Part shown: positions 19,540-28,315 of the stretch, in pieces
Position numbering within the stretch: position 1 is the first letter of the stretch
How the letters are laid out: every line of letters starts with the position of its first letter
Assembly (NCBI GenBank): GCA_964486045.1
Contig: CAZALK010000012.1
Span: 32,001 to 96,000, forward strand
Length of the DNA stretch: 64,000 nucleotides
Direction of reading: 5' to 3'
Source: an uncultured archaeon
GTDB lineage: Archaea; Asgardarchaeota; Lokiarchaeia; Sigyniarchaeales; SOKP01
The notes under the pieces: generated by a model
The model's input: only the letters and a program-made list of their open reading frames with translations
Databases searched by the model: none
What the model was told of the DNA's origin: nothing
Translations under genes and position numbers: made by a program

Positions 19540-19974
19540 GTGCCCCGATTATTCCAGAGTAACTTTGATTCAATGGAAAACTATAAATATTTATCCTATG
19601 AAGCAACGAGGTAATCAAAGCTCCTATCTTAAATTTTAAATTCGTCAGAGTTCTTGGTGATTGGGGGTCTCGAGTATCAAGAAGAACCTGCCATCAACAG
19701 CATTCAATTTTTCAGTTGACTATAAGCCGAATACGAATTCAAAAACAAACTCATGTACTAATTGAAAAACTTATCATTTTTCTCCAAAGTGCTAATTCTA
19801 GGGATTCTATAACAGAATTATTGTAAAAAATCAAATATTAATATTCCGTATTTTTGTATCAAAAACAAATTTCCGCTAATAAGGAATAAGTAAATGTTAA
19901 TTATGTGATTAAATCGGTGCTAAACCCGTAGTTTAGTATAAAAATCCAATGCTAAACTAACCTATTGTTCCTCT
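19528..19974 (-). ncRNA. Putative ~447-nt structured non-coding RNA of unrecognised family
   Basis: 14-bp terminal helix (19528-19541 with 19960-19974), several nested hairpins, upstream TATA box, downstream U-tract, no ORF of 60 aa or more. Confidence 0.7.
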
Positions 19975-19983
19975 AACTAATAG

Positions 19984-20010
19984 ATACCAATTTTGGTATT
20001 TAAATCTTGC
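19984..20010 (-). promoter_or_regulatory. Archaeal BRE-TATA promoter (gcaaga-TTTAAATA) overlapped by palindrome ATACCAA-TT-TTGGTAT
   Basis: TATA at 20004-19997 lies 22 nt upstream of the RNA terminal helix; perfect 7-bp inverted repeat at 19984-19999. Confidence 0.6.
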
Positions 20011-20109
20011 TATATTAAAATTTTTATTACGGCAGAGTGTTTCTTTGAAAAAAGATTTATGAGGTTTTCAAAATAATATAAATATCTGCATTTATATTAT
20101 TTATAAGAC

Positions 20110-20502
20110 ATGAATAGTGATGCTGGTTTAGTCACAATCAGAATAAATTTATTCGGAATAGGTATATTAGAAGCATATCTCATTAGACATATTGCCCCAC
20201 TAACCACAGATGCGATAATTGATAAAATCCCATTTTCTATGAGAGGTAGATTCAGTTTTGGATCAAAAAAATATTGGATTCTTCCCGGATTAGGAATATA
20301 TAAAGGAACTAATAGTAAATCCGTTAAGGATGTAGATAAAGGTGATATTGTTTATAACCCAAAGACAGACGAGATGATAATAATTATAGAACGTCTTCAG
20401 ATGCCAAATAAAGTGAACAAGGTGGGCAAAGTGAATTCAAACTTAGAATTAGTACTAAATGCTAGGAATGGATTAAAGACGAAAATATCTAAGATATCCT
20501 AA
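20110..20502 (+). CDS. Cyclophilin-like fold protein (DUF369/UPF0288-like)
   Basis: RHIAPLTTDAIIDKIPF...KGDIVYNP...VNKVGKV pattern. Confidence 0.65.
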   Translation: MNSDAGLVTIRINLFGIGILEAYLIRHIAPLTTDAIIDKIPFSMRGRFSFGSKKYWILPGLGIYKGTNSKSVKDVDKGDIVYNPKTDEMIIIIERLQMPNKVNKVGKVNSNLELVLNARNGLKTKISKIS

Positions 20503-20508
20503 TATAAA

Positions 20509-21345
20509 ATGGTAGTTTCGAAGAAATTAACTGTAATTTTTGCTAGTTTTTATATATGTGTTATTATTTATATCCTATTATTTTTATTTGTACCCAATAT
20601 TCAAAATGCTATCATTCAGTCGAGAGAGAATTTAACTGTTTTTACTGAAGGATCTAATTATTTATGGGCTCTACTAGTCTCTCTTGGGATATGTTTTTTA
20701 GGTTCTGCATCAATAGGGTTTCCAATTCCTTTTCCATTTGTATTGTTTTCTCTTTCAAACTCAATAATTCTTAGATATTCAAATTCTGGATTAAACATTA
20801 ACCAAATATTACAAATTGGAAGTTTTTGGGGAGAAATTATTGGTATTACATTGATAGGTGGTTTAGGGAGTGCTCTGGGGGAGTTTACTGGCTATGCTGT
20901 GGGGTACGGAACTAATAAAATTACTGAAGAGTGGAATTCTGAATTACTTAGTAATGTAGATAGATTTGGAAGGATAATTTTAGAAAATAAGAAACGGACT
21001 CCATTATATATTTTTTTATTTGCTCTAACTCCACTACCGGATGATATTTTATTCTTACCCTTAGGAATGATAAAGTACAGTTTTTGGAAATGTATTATTC
21101 CTGGTTGGTTAGGTAAGAATTTTACTACACTTTTTTATTGTTGCTGGCCTATCTTAATCGCGCTAGGATTTACTTCTCAGGGCATTCAATCCAATAGTAA
21201 ATCAAGTATAATAACAGAAGCGATATTATTATTAGTAACAATTACTGTAATGTTTTTTATTATGTCTTTTGATTGGACTAAATATCTTGAAAAACGAAAG
21301 CTAAAAAAGTTAAAAAGAGATGGAGATGAAACAATTTTCCAATAA
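20509..21345 (+). CDS. DedA/VTT-domain (SNARE-associated Golgi family) membrane protein
   Basis: GLGSALGEFTGYAVG and FALTPLPDD..F.PLG motifs; multiple TM segments. Confidence 0.85.
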   Translation: MVVSKKLTVIFASFYICVIIYILLFLFVPNIQNAIIQSRENLTVFTEGSNYLWALLVSLGICFLGSASIGFPIPFPFVLFSLSNSIILRYSNSGLNINQILQIGSFWGEIIGITLIGGLGSALGEFTGYAVGYGTNKITEEWNSELLSNVDRFGRIILENKKRTPLYIFLFALTPLPDDILFLPLGMIKYSFWKCIIPGWLGKNFTTLFYCCWPILIALGFTSQGIQSNSKSSIITEAILLLVTITVMFFIMSFDWTKYLEKRKLKKLKRDGDETIFQ

Positions 21346-21526
21346 ATCAATTTTAAGGATTATTTTTTAAACAATTTTTACAAACAAAAACAATTTTTTG
21401 TTTCTCATTAGAATTTTCATCATAATAGACACGCTTATATATAAAATTGTTACAGAGAACACAAACTTCAGCAGTTCGAGTTTCATTTAATAATGGACCT
21501 AAATTTTTAAAATTAGACTTCATAAA

Positions 21527-21877
21527 TTACTGAAATGATTTCGTTTGTAGCGTAATTTCTATATTAGAAATAAGATTTTTTTTGTTTCCGTTATTATTTC
21601 TTGAATTTCTGTTATTATATCTTCCATTTCTATTATTATATCGTCGATTTTTATTCTCAAAAAAAGGACGGCTACCTAGAGAGACGTTTCCGATCTCTAA
21701 TCGAGGATACATACGGTTCTTTATGATCTCAGCAACTTCCACGGCCGTACTTATCTCTTCCCCCTCTCCGCGAATAAGCAAACTTTTCTTTCCGCCGCTA
21801 ATAGCAAATATTGCGTCTTTGATAGATTTTTCTTTGTCACTTCTATTTTTAATTACAATAGTGGTTTCATAAACCAT
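21527..21877 (-). CDS. Alba-family nucleic-acid-binding protein with Arg/Asn-rich insertion
   Basis: LIRGEGEEISTAVEVAEII, V.LGS and ISNIEITL match the Alba core. Confidence 0.8.
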   Translation of the reverse strand: MVYETTIVIKNRSDKEKSIKDAIFAISGGKKSLLIRGEGEEISTAVEVAEIIKNRMYPRLEIGNVSLGSRPFFENKNRRYNNRNGRYNNRNSRNNNGNKKNLISNIEITLQTKSFQ

Positions 21878-22050
21878 GAAAGAACCTCTTTCGAAGAAAA
21901 AACTTACGTTTTACTTACGTTTTAATAAAAAGTAGCTTTATTCTTAGTTTTTAATAATTTAGTATCTTTATAAAATTTTTCTATACTTCTTAAGTGTAAA
22001 TATTTTCTCATATTTTTAAACTTTAATAAAAATATATTTGAATTTTTATG

Positions 22051-23178
22051 CTAAATATTTTCTATGTTTAATACTGCCCGGTCATTAAGGTTATCTAAAA
22101 CCCTACAATACTCAGAAATCCGTTCTTCAAAATGTTCAATAACTTTTCTTTCATTTGTGTCTAAATATATGAAAAAAGAACTTATAATCTCAATTCTTTT
22201 TGAGAAATCAACCATAATTTTATCATACCACTCATTTGGTTTCTTTAAAATAGATTGAATTTTTTTAGCTAGCTTTTTTCTTTTAATTTCATAACCTCCA
22301 GTTGTTTTTTCCTCTGGGAATTTATCTAGCTCATCATAGGCTTCAGAAATAGCCTTCTCGATTTTTTCTCTAAACTTAGGTATTCGGTATGTTTTTTTGT
22401 AAATATCAGGATCCCATTCATATAGAAACCTCTCATCCTCTTCAGCTTCTTCTTCATTTTCTGTTATTACGATGTCCTCTTTTGGTACAAGGATTAATCC
22501 GTAATTTCTCTGTAATTGAGCGAGGTTTTTTTTCCTTAGAACTTCATCTATGTATTCAATTTCTTTCAATATCTTACTCATGTTTTTGCTAACTTTTTTA
22601 ACTACCTTATTAGCATTTTTCATCATTGTTTCTTGATCAAATTCAAACTCCAAATCAATTAATGTAAATGGTGATCTCATGCCAAAATCAGGATCTTTTA
22701 ACCTTAATCCTGCAATCCCTAAATATTTATCTTCTGATTCTCTTTTACAATGATCGAAAATTAACCCCACAGCATAAGGATTTGGAATTTGGTATCCCAG
22801 TTGAGTCATACGATCCACAATACTATAGAAGAAACCCATATTTGGATGTGTGTGCCACCAACCTATAATAAAATCATTTTTCTTATCTTGAATAGAATGT
22901 TCAAAAATTGAGGTGTCAATTTGTGCCGTATCTACGTATTGTTTATTTTCAAATGCAACCCCCGCACGTTCTCCTGCCATAATTGGTATTGCATCCTTTA
23001 TTATCACTCTAGCACTATTTTCCACGGTTCCAATTAAGATACCATAAACTTCACGCCATTTTCCCGCATCTATTATGTCACTAGCATATCTAATAGCATA
23101 ACCAATGATTCTTTCATACGCTTTTAATGAAAGCAAAACCGGTGCATATGAAGGATTCACACTTTTTTTTTTCTTCAT
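22051..23178 (-). CDS. MPN+/JAMM metalloisopeptidase (Rpn11/Csn5-like) with helical C-terminus
   Basis: EVYGILIG...GWWHTHP....YS..D, a complete JAMM motif. Confidence 0.88.
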   Translation of the reverse strand: MKKKKSVNPSYAPVLLSLKAYERIIGYAIRYASDIIDAGKWREVYGILIGTVENSARVIIKDAIPIMAGERAGVAFENKQYVDTAQIDTSIFEHSIQDKKNDFIIGWWHTHPNMGFFYSIVDRMTQLGYQIPNPYAVGLIFDHCKRESEDKYLGIAGLRLKDPDFGMRSPFTLIDLEFEFDQETMMKNANKVVKKVSKNMSKILKEIEYIDEVLRKKNLAQLQRNYGLILVPKEDIVITENEEEAEEDERFLYEWDPDIYKKTYRIPKFREKIEKAISEAYDELDKFPEEKTTGGYEIKRKKLAKKIQSILKKPNEWYDKIMVDFSKRIEIISSFFIYLDTNERKVIEHFEERISEYCRVLDNLNDRAVLNIENI

Positions 23179-23288
23179 TTTTTCGTTAGCTATGCCTTTT
23201 ACATGTATATTTTAAAAACTTAATTTCTTATTCTATATAGAATCTAAACAAATTCTAGATATTTAAATTATATTAGAAAAATAATCAT

Positions 23289-23831
23289 ATGAAAATACTA
23301 GCAATAGTGGGACTTCCCGGTTCTGGAAAAACTACAGCAATAGAGGCAATACGTGACCTAGGGATTGTTGTCACAATGGGTGATGTTGTTCGGAATGAAG
23401 CTAAAAGAAGGAACATCGAACCTTCTGGAAATAATCTTGGAAAAATAGCAAAAGAATTGCGAGAGAATCAAGGTCCGGGAATTATTGCAAAAAAATGCAT
23501 GGATCTAATCATGAAAAAGAAGAATGAAGTGATTATTGTAGATGGTATAAGATCCCTAGTAGAAGTTAGGATTTTTAGAACAAATTGGAAATTTCCTATT
23601 ATTGCCATTATTGTTGATGAAAAAAATAGACTAAAAAGACTTTTCAACAGATTTCGAAGTGATGATCCAAAAGACTTAGAGGAATTAAAAGAAAGAGATC
23701 GAAGAGAGCTTAAATTTGGACTTGATAAAGTAATAGAAAAAGCTGATTATAATATTAGTAATAATTCCACGATAGATGACTTAAAAATAACGACGAAAGA
23801 TGTAGTCTTGAAGATAATTCAAAATTATTAG
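23289..23831 (+). CDS. P-loop kinase, UPF0200 / dephospho-CoA kinase-like
   Basis: GLPGSGKT, MGDVVR, VDGIRS, R.RSDD, RDRRE..FG. Confidence 0.85.
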   Translation: MKILAIVGLPGSGKTTAIEAIRDLGIVVTMGDVVRNEAKRRNIEPSGNNLGKIAKELRENQGPGIIAKKCMDLIMKKKNEVIIVDGIRSLVEVRIFRTNWKFPIIAIIVDEKNRLKRLFNRFRSDDPKDLEELKERDRRELKFGLDKVIEKADYNISNNSTIDDLKITTKDVVLKIIQNY

Positions 23832-23846
23832 GTTTTACAACGCAAT

Positions 23847-24749
23847 CTATTTTAAATAGTCTGCAATTATTTTTGCTAGTGAAACTTTACATGCTTCATT
23901 ATCAATTGAATCTGTACCAATTATTTCATCTGCTCCAGCTTTTAATATTCGATATTTTGCTTGATCCAACAATAGAGCGTGAGTTGCGACGGCATAAATT
24001 TTATTCGCTCCACTTTCTCTTGCAAGTTTTATTGCTGTTGCCATTGTTCCTCCTGTGGCAATAATATCATCTGCAATCACGACATCTTTGTCTTTTAAGC
24101 TTAATTCTCCTACCATTATTATTTTCCCTGTTTTAACATCTCGTTGTTTATCAAAAACATCAACAGGAACATTTTCACCAAAATATCTAGCAAAGGCTTT
24201 GGATCTATCGATCGCTCCTTTATCTGGGGACACGACAACTATATCTTTTGCTCCTAAAGTTTTAATGTAATCCGCTAACAGTTTCATCGAGTCAATATTT
24301 ACCGTTTTACATGTAAATTCTTTCAATACTTGTTGAGCATGAATGTCTACGGTATAAAATTCATCTATTCCTAATAAATTAATAAAACTAAATACTAAAT
24401 TAGAAACTAGACTTTCTCCTGGCCTAAATACTTTATCTTGTCGAGCATAAGCGATGTAAGGGGCAACTACTATCACATAGGCAGCTCCCATCCTTTTAAC
24501 TGAATCAATCATCATGAAAAGCTCCATTAAACGGCTATTTTGGTTTCCATTCGAACTTGGCCCCGTCGATTGCACTATAATAACTTTTTTATCCGCTATT
24601 AGGGTCTCATCTTCAATATTAATTCTTAAATAATTTTCCCCATCTGGGAACAATTTTGTGTCCGTGTTTATCGATTCAATTCCTAACTCATCTGCAATCC
24701 TTACACCCAGTATTTGGGAGGAAGGTCCTGCTATAAGTATTTTTTTCAT
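23847..24749 (-). CDS. prs: Ribose-phosphate pyrophosphokinase
   Basis: FPDGE, PYIAYARQD, SPDKG, DDIIATGGT, ATH. Confidence 0.96.
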   Translation of the reverse strand: MKKILIAGPSSQILGVRIADELGIESINTDTKLFPDGENYLRINIEDETLIADKKVIIVQSTGPSSNGNQNSRLMELFMMIDSVKRMGAAYVIVVAPYIAYARQDKVFRPGESLVSNLVFSFINLLGIDEFYTVDIHAQQVLKEFTCKTVNIDSMKLLADYIKTLGAKDIVVVSPDKGAIDRSKAFARYFGENVPVDVFDKQRDVKTGKIIMVGELSLKDKDVVIADDIIATGGTMATAIKLARESGANKIYAVATHALLLDQAKYRILKAGADEIIGTDSIDNEACKVSLAKIIADYLK

Positions 24750-24793
24750 TATGATTCCACTAAATAATAATAATTCATAATAATTTTTCTTTT

Positions 24794-25543
24794 CTAAAAT
24801 GTATTTAACTTTTCTAAAAATTTAAGTGAGCTCTTAAAAATCTCCTCTCTATGCCCAGAAAAAGTGTGCCCTCCAGTATCAAACTCTATAGTATTTTCAT
24901 CATTTAATCCAAGATTCTTCTGAATATGAGTTAAATTTTCAAACGGGACTCTATCATCATCTTTACAATGTGCAATTAAGATTCTTTCATTGTTTATTGG
25001 ATCATTTTTAAGGAAATATTTAGGACTTATTTTTTTTATAATATCTTCTCCACCATGTTCTTCGACTGTTTGATATCTTCCTCTAATTGTATAATAGTCA
25101 TATCTTGCACTGAGTGCTATTAGTAATTTTGCCCTTTTATCTATAAATCCATGAGATAATATAATAGCACCTCCTAAACTCCTTCCAAATAACACAACCT
25201 TATTTTCTAAAAGGTTATCATCTCGATTTTGAATGATCCAATCGATAACAATATGTATGTCCGAAAATATTTGCGATATCATCTTATCCCATCTAGAACC
25301 AGTTTGTTTTTGGGTTTCTCCATGACCACGATAATCATAAGACAGGACATAATACCCAGCATTTGCAAATTTTTCAGAGAAGAATTTTACAAGATAATTT
25401 TCCCTGTGATTCATAAATCCAGGTAAATTTATTATAAAAGGGGCTTTAACGGGTGTTTTTGAGGTGTAATAGATAGATCCTTTGAGATCTATGTTGTCTG
25501 ATTTTATATGAATATCAATATTTTCTGTAATTAAATCTGTCAT
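24794..25543 (-). CDS. Alpha/beta hydrolase
   Basis: YDYRGHG, GRSLGG nucleophile elbow, DDRVP, GGH. Confidence 0.9.
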   Translation of the reverse strand: MTDLITENIDIHIKSDNIDLKGSIYYTSKTPVKAPFIINLPGFMNHRENYLVKFFSEKFANAGYYVLSYDYRGHGETQKQTGSRWDKMISQIFSDIHIVIDWIIQNRDDNLLENKVVLFGRSLGGAIILSHGFIDKRAKLLIALSARYDYYTIRGRYQTVEEHGGEDIIKKISPKYFLKNDPINNERILIAHCKDDDRVPFENLTHIQKNLGLNDENTIEFDTGGHTFSGHREEIFKSSLKFLEKLNTF

Positions 25544-25550
25544 TATAAAT

Positions 25551-26024
25551 TTAATTTAATATTTTTGTTTTATATTTTTCAATTGCACTTCTGAGTGTTT
25601 TAATAGCCAAATCTAAGCAATGTTTCTCATTTTCAGGTAAATCCATTAGAGCTTTATCAATATCTTCAGCCTTTAAATTTTCAGCGAATTCTATTGTTGT
25701 ACCTTCAATCAAGATTGTAGTTTGACTCCCTGTGGCAATCATCACTCCGCAACCATCAGTTAAGAAGCTAATTTTTTTTATAATATTATTTTCAATATTT
25801 AGATAAAACCCTAAAAAATAGTTTTTAGGACCTCCTTTGCACTCCCCAAAGCATGTAATTTCATTTTTGAAGAGTTTCCCCCAATTTTGTGGATTATAGC
25901 ATAAAGATACAATTTTTTCATTATAATCTTTAATTTCCAACTTTATGATTTCTTTTTGAAGGTTTTCAACAAATTCATCAAAGATTTCAGGCATTTTATC
26001 CCCTTTGAAAGGTTCATACATCAT
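25551..26024 (-). CDS. IscU/NifU N-terminal-like Fe-S scaffold protein (divergent)
   Basis: NPQNWG, F.TDGCG...A.GS, KHC..LA motifs; the usual first CGD motif is absent. Confidence 0.8.
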   Translation of the reverse strand: MMYEPFKGDKMPEIFDEFVENLQKEIIKLEIKDYNEKIVSLCYNPQNWGKLFKNEITCFGECKGGPKNYFLGFYLNIENNIIKKISFLTDGCGVMIATGSQTTILIEGTTIEFAENLKAEDIDKALMDLPENEKHCLDLAIKTLRSAIEKYKTKILN

Positions 26025-26283
26025 TTTGTTTTAATACGTGTGATGCTAATCCTGCTAAATTCTTTGGTGATCTTTGATATTTTTTTAAAATTTCTGTTAT
26101 CTTTTGGTTTAGGTGGTTATTTTCAGCGGAAGAGGATGTTTTATTAAGGAATTCTTCACCATGACGAATAATAGCAGTGTTTTCTGTTACTTTTATTAAC
26201 TGTGTTGCCACTATTCCATTGATATAAATTAAATCTGCTAGCATATTTTTAATGTAAACCAAAATTTTAATTTGTTCAGACAT
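26014..26283 (-). CDS. Small hypothetical protein
   Basis: ORF with plausible ATG at 26283 (MSEQIK); overlaps the start of the IscU-like gene. Confidence 0.6.
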   Translation of the reverse strand: MSEQIKILVYIKNMLADLIYINGIVATQLIKVTENTAIIRHGEEFLNKTSSSAENNHLNQKITEILKKYQRSPKNLAGLASHVLKQNDV

Positions 26284-26455
26284 AATTAAGAAAAGATTGC
26301 TATGAATAAAAATGACAATAATTTTTATATAGGATTCATAAAAAACAATCAAATTAATTTTAAATCTATATTTTATTTAGATTATTTAGATTTTGTTGAA
26401 ATCAAAACAGCAAAGGTGAAAAACCTTAGATTATAGAGATTTTCATGATGGACTT

Positions 26456-26929
26456 TTGTCTACATTGTTAATTTTATTTATTTTTTCATTTACTTTTATG
26501 CTCGGGTCAATTTTTTTAAATTCTTATATCGCACTTACTATCCAAGAGAGAAATTATATTGTAGCTTTATGTGTAGTTAATCTTCTATTCTGTGCATATT
26601 ATTTGCTGGAAGTGTTAAAGTTAGAATATACATTCAGATTGGAAAAGAAAAGTACTTTCAAATTTGGGAAAAGAATTGGTGTTATTACTCTCTTGTATCT
26701 TCCCCATTTATTCTTGTTTGCAACTCTTTTTTTATGGGAACTTCATAACTTAGAATTAATAATGGTCGGTTTAATAATTATTGTTGAGCTTACCCTAATC
26801 GTTCTTGTGTTAAAAGAGGTTTATGATTTGTTATTTTTGGAAGAAGTTCGTAAAAATTTTGAAATAAATGAAAATCGCAAAAAATATCTTGAGAAAGAGA
26901 AGAGAGGTTTACAAGAGGAAATATTTTAG
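26456..26929 (+). CDS. Hypothetical 4-TM membrane protein
   Basis: Four hydrophobic segments; fills the gap between flanking genes. Confidence 0.65.
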   Translation: MSTLLILFIFSFTFMLGSIFLNSYIALTIQERNYIVALCVVNLLFCAYYLLEVLKLEYTFRLEKKSTFKFGKRIGVITLLYLPHLFLFATLFLWELHNLELIMVGLIIIVELTLIVLVLKEVYDLLFLEEVRKNFEINENRKKYLEKEKRGLQEEIF

Positions 26930-26946
26930 GGTTATTAACGAAATAT

Positions 26947-28182
26947 TTATTTTATTTTTGCTAATTTCTCAATAGCAGAGTCAATCATCTTTAATTTAGT
27001 TGAGTATTTTTCCATTAGCTCTGCGAATTTTTCGACTTCGATTTCATTATTTTCTTTTAATAATTTTAATTCATTTATAGTTCGAATAACACCTGCTTTT
27101 TGATCTATTAATCTTTCTTTTTTACTGTAAGGTATTTTTTCTTCCAGTTTCCTTCTTTGATAAACTTTAAATCTTTTAACGTTTAAGTCCTTAGGCACAA
27201 ATTTTGTTAAATATATAATATTTTTGGGTACAAAAGGAGCCAAATTTTCAGGTATAATAATGATTGGTTCTGGATCTTGAATTTTTTTTATTTCTTCATA
27301 ATTTAATTGTTCAAATTCATTTTCTTTAATATCTTCTCCTACTATGGATAAATTTAGATCAACATGTTCTATCTCTTCTTTTGAAAGGGTAAGAGTTCCA
27401 TGCATTTCCTCCCAAATGTCTTTTGCTTTAATATAATACCAAAGAGCTTTTTGGTTTAGCTTTTGGACCTTCTCTTTGTTTATATTTGTTATCGATGATT
27501 CTAAAGAGGCTCGAGCCTTAAGAGAGCAAGATTTTCCCATATCATAATGAAATTGAGCTCTTATTTGCTGTTTCTTTTTCTCTTCATGCTGTCTTAAATA
27601 GAATAATCTTTTTGATAATACACTAAGCCCTGCATACAATTTCGAGGCAAAATATATATTATTATTTGTTTCTTCACGTAGTGCAGCAATACTTTGAGCT
27701 AAAATCCTTGATTCTTCCGAGTTTAATTCTAAATTTTCAGACTTAAATGTATTTCCTAAATTATTTTGATTTATCGCAGCTGCACTAAAATACGCAGATG
27801 TTTTATAAATTTTGCTGCATTCCGTCATTGATATAATTGCATTTTCCCATTCATTATCTTCCTCATATTTCTCGGAAAGCTGAGCATAAGCTCTTGCCAT
27901 AACCCAAAGTACTCTAGCACATTCAAACATTATATCAGAAACTTCGATTTCTTTATCAGATTTAGGATCAAGGAAAATACTCGTAATGTCTAAATCTTCT
28001 AAGATTTCTTTATGATTTTCTAGCTGATAATTTCTGTTCAAGATTTTAGTATACTCTAAAATAAGATTTAGGTCATCGAGGTTAAAATGTTCATCATCTT
28101 TTTCAAGAGCATCTTCAATTTTTTTAATTTTGTAATGAAGATACCTAATTCGTTGCATTACTTCTTCGGTAAAAAAGGTCAT
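26947..28182 (-). CDS. Hypothetical alpha-helical (TPR-like) protein
   Basis: 411-aa ORF with Ala/Tyr-rich helical repeats. Confidence 0.7.
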   Translation of the reverse strand: MTFFTEEVMQRIRYLHYKIKKIEDALEKDDEHFNLDDLNLILEYTKILNRNYQLENHKEILEDLDITSIFLDPKSDKEIEVSDIMFECARVLWVMARAYAQLSEKYEEDNEWENAIISMTECSKIYKTSAYFSAAAINQNNLGNTFKSENLELNSEESRILAQSIAALREETNNNIYFASKLYAGLSVLSKRLFYLRQHEEKKKQQIRAQFHYDMGKSCSLKARASLESSITNINKEKVQKLNQKALWYYIKAKDIWEEMHGTLTLSKEEIEHVDLNLSIVGEDIKENEFEQLNYEEIKKIQDPEPIIIIPENLAPFVPKNIIYLTKFVPKDLNVKRFKVYQRRKLEEKIPYSKKERLIDQKAGVIRTINELKLLKENNEIEVEKFAELMEKYSTKLKMIDSAIEKLAKIK

Positions 28183-28315
28183 AATCAGATCTTAACGTTT
28201 TTCGTTAAATTTAAGTTAATTAAAATTATTTATCCATCATTTTAAAACTAATCTATAATAATATTTTATGAACAAGTATTCCAAACAAATCTGATTACAC
28301 AGATTATAAGCTAAA

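Noticed and set aside
19528-19974. Assignment as RNase P RNA, SRP RNA, group II intron or cobalamin/TPP riboswitch
   Set aside because: Only fragments resemble these families (CGGCUUAUAG, AGCAACG, GUGCC.../AGCCG...GUAC, AUAGGUGCCC). The required partners are missing: P4 5' strand, helix-8 tetraloop, paired domain V, B12 box. Left unassigned.
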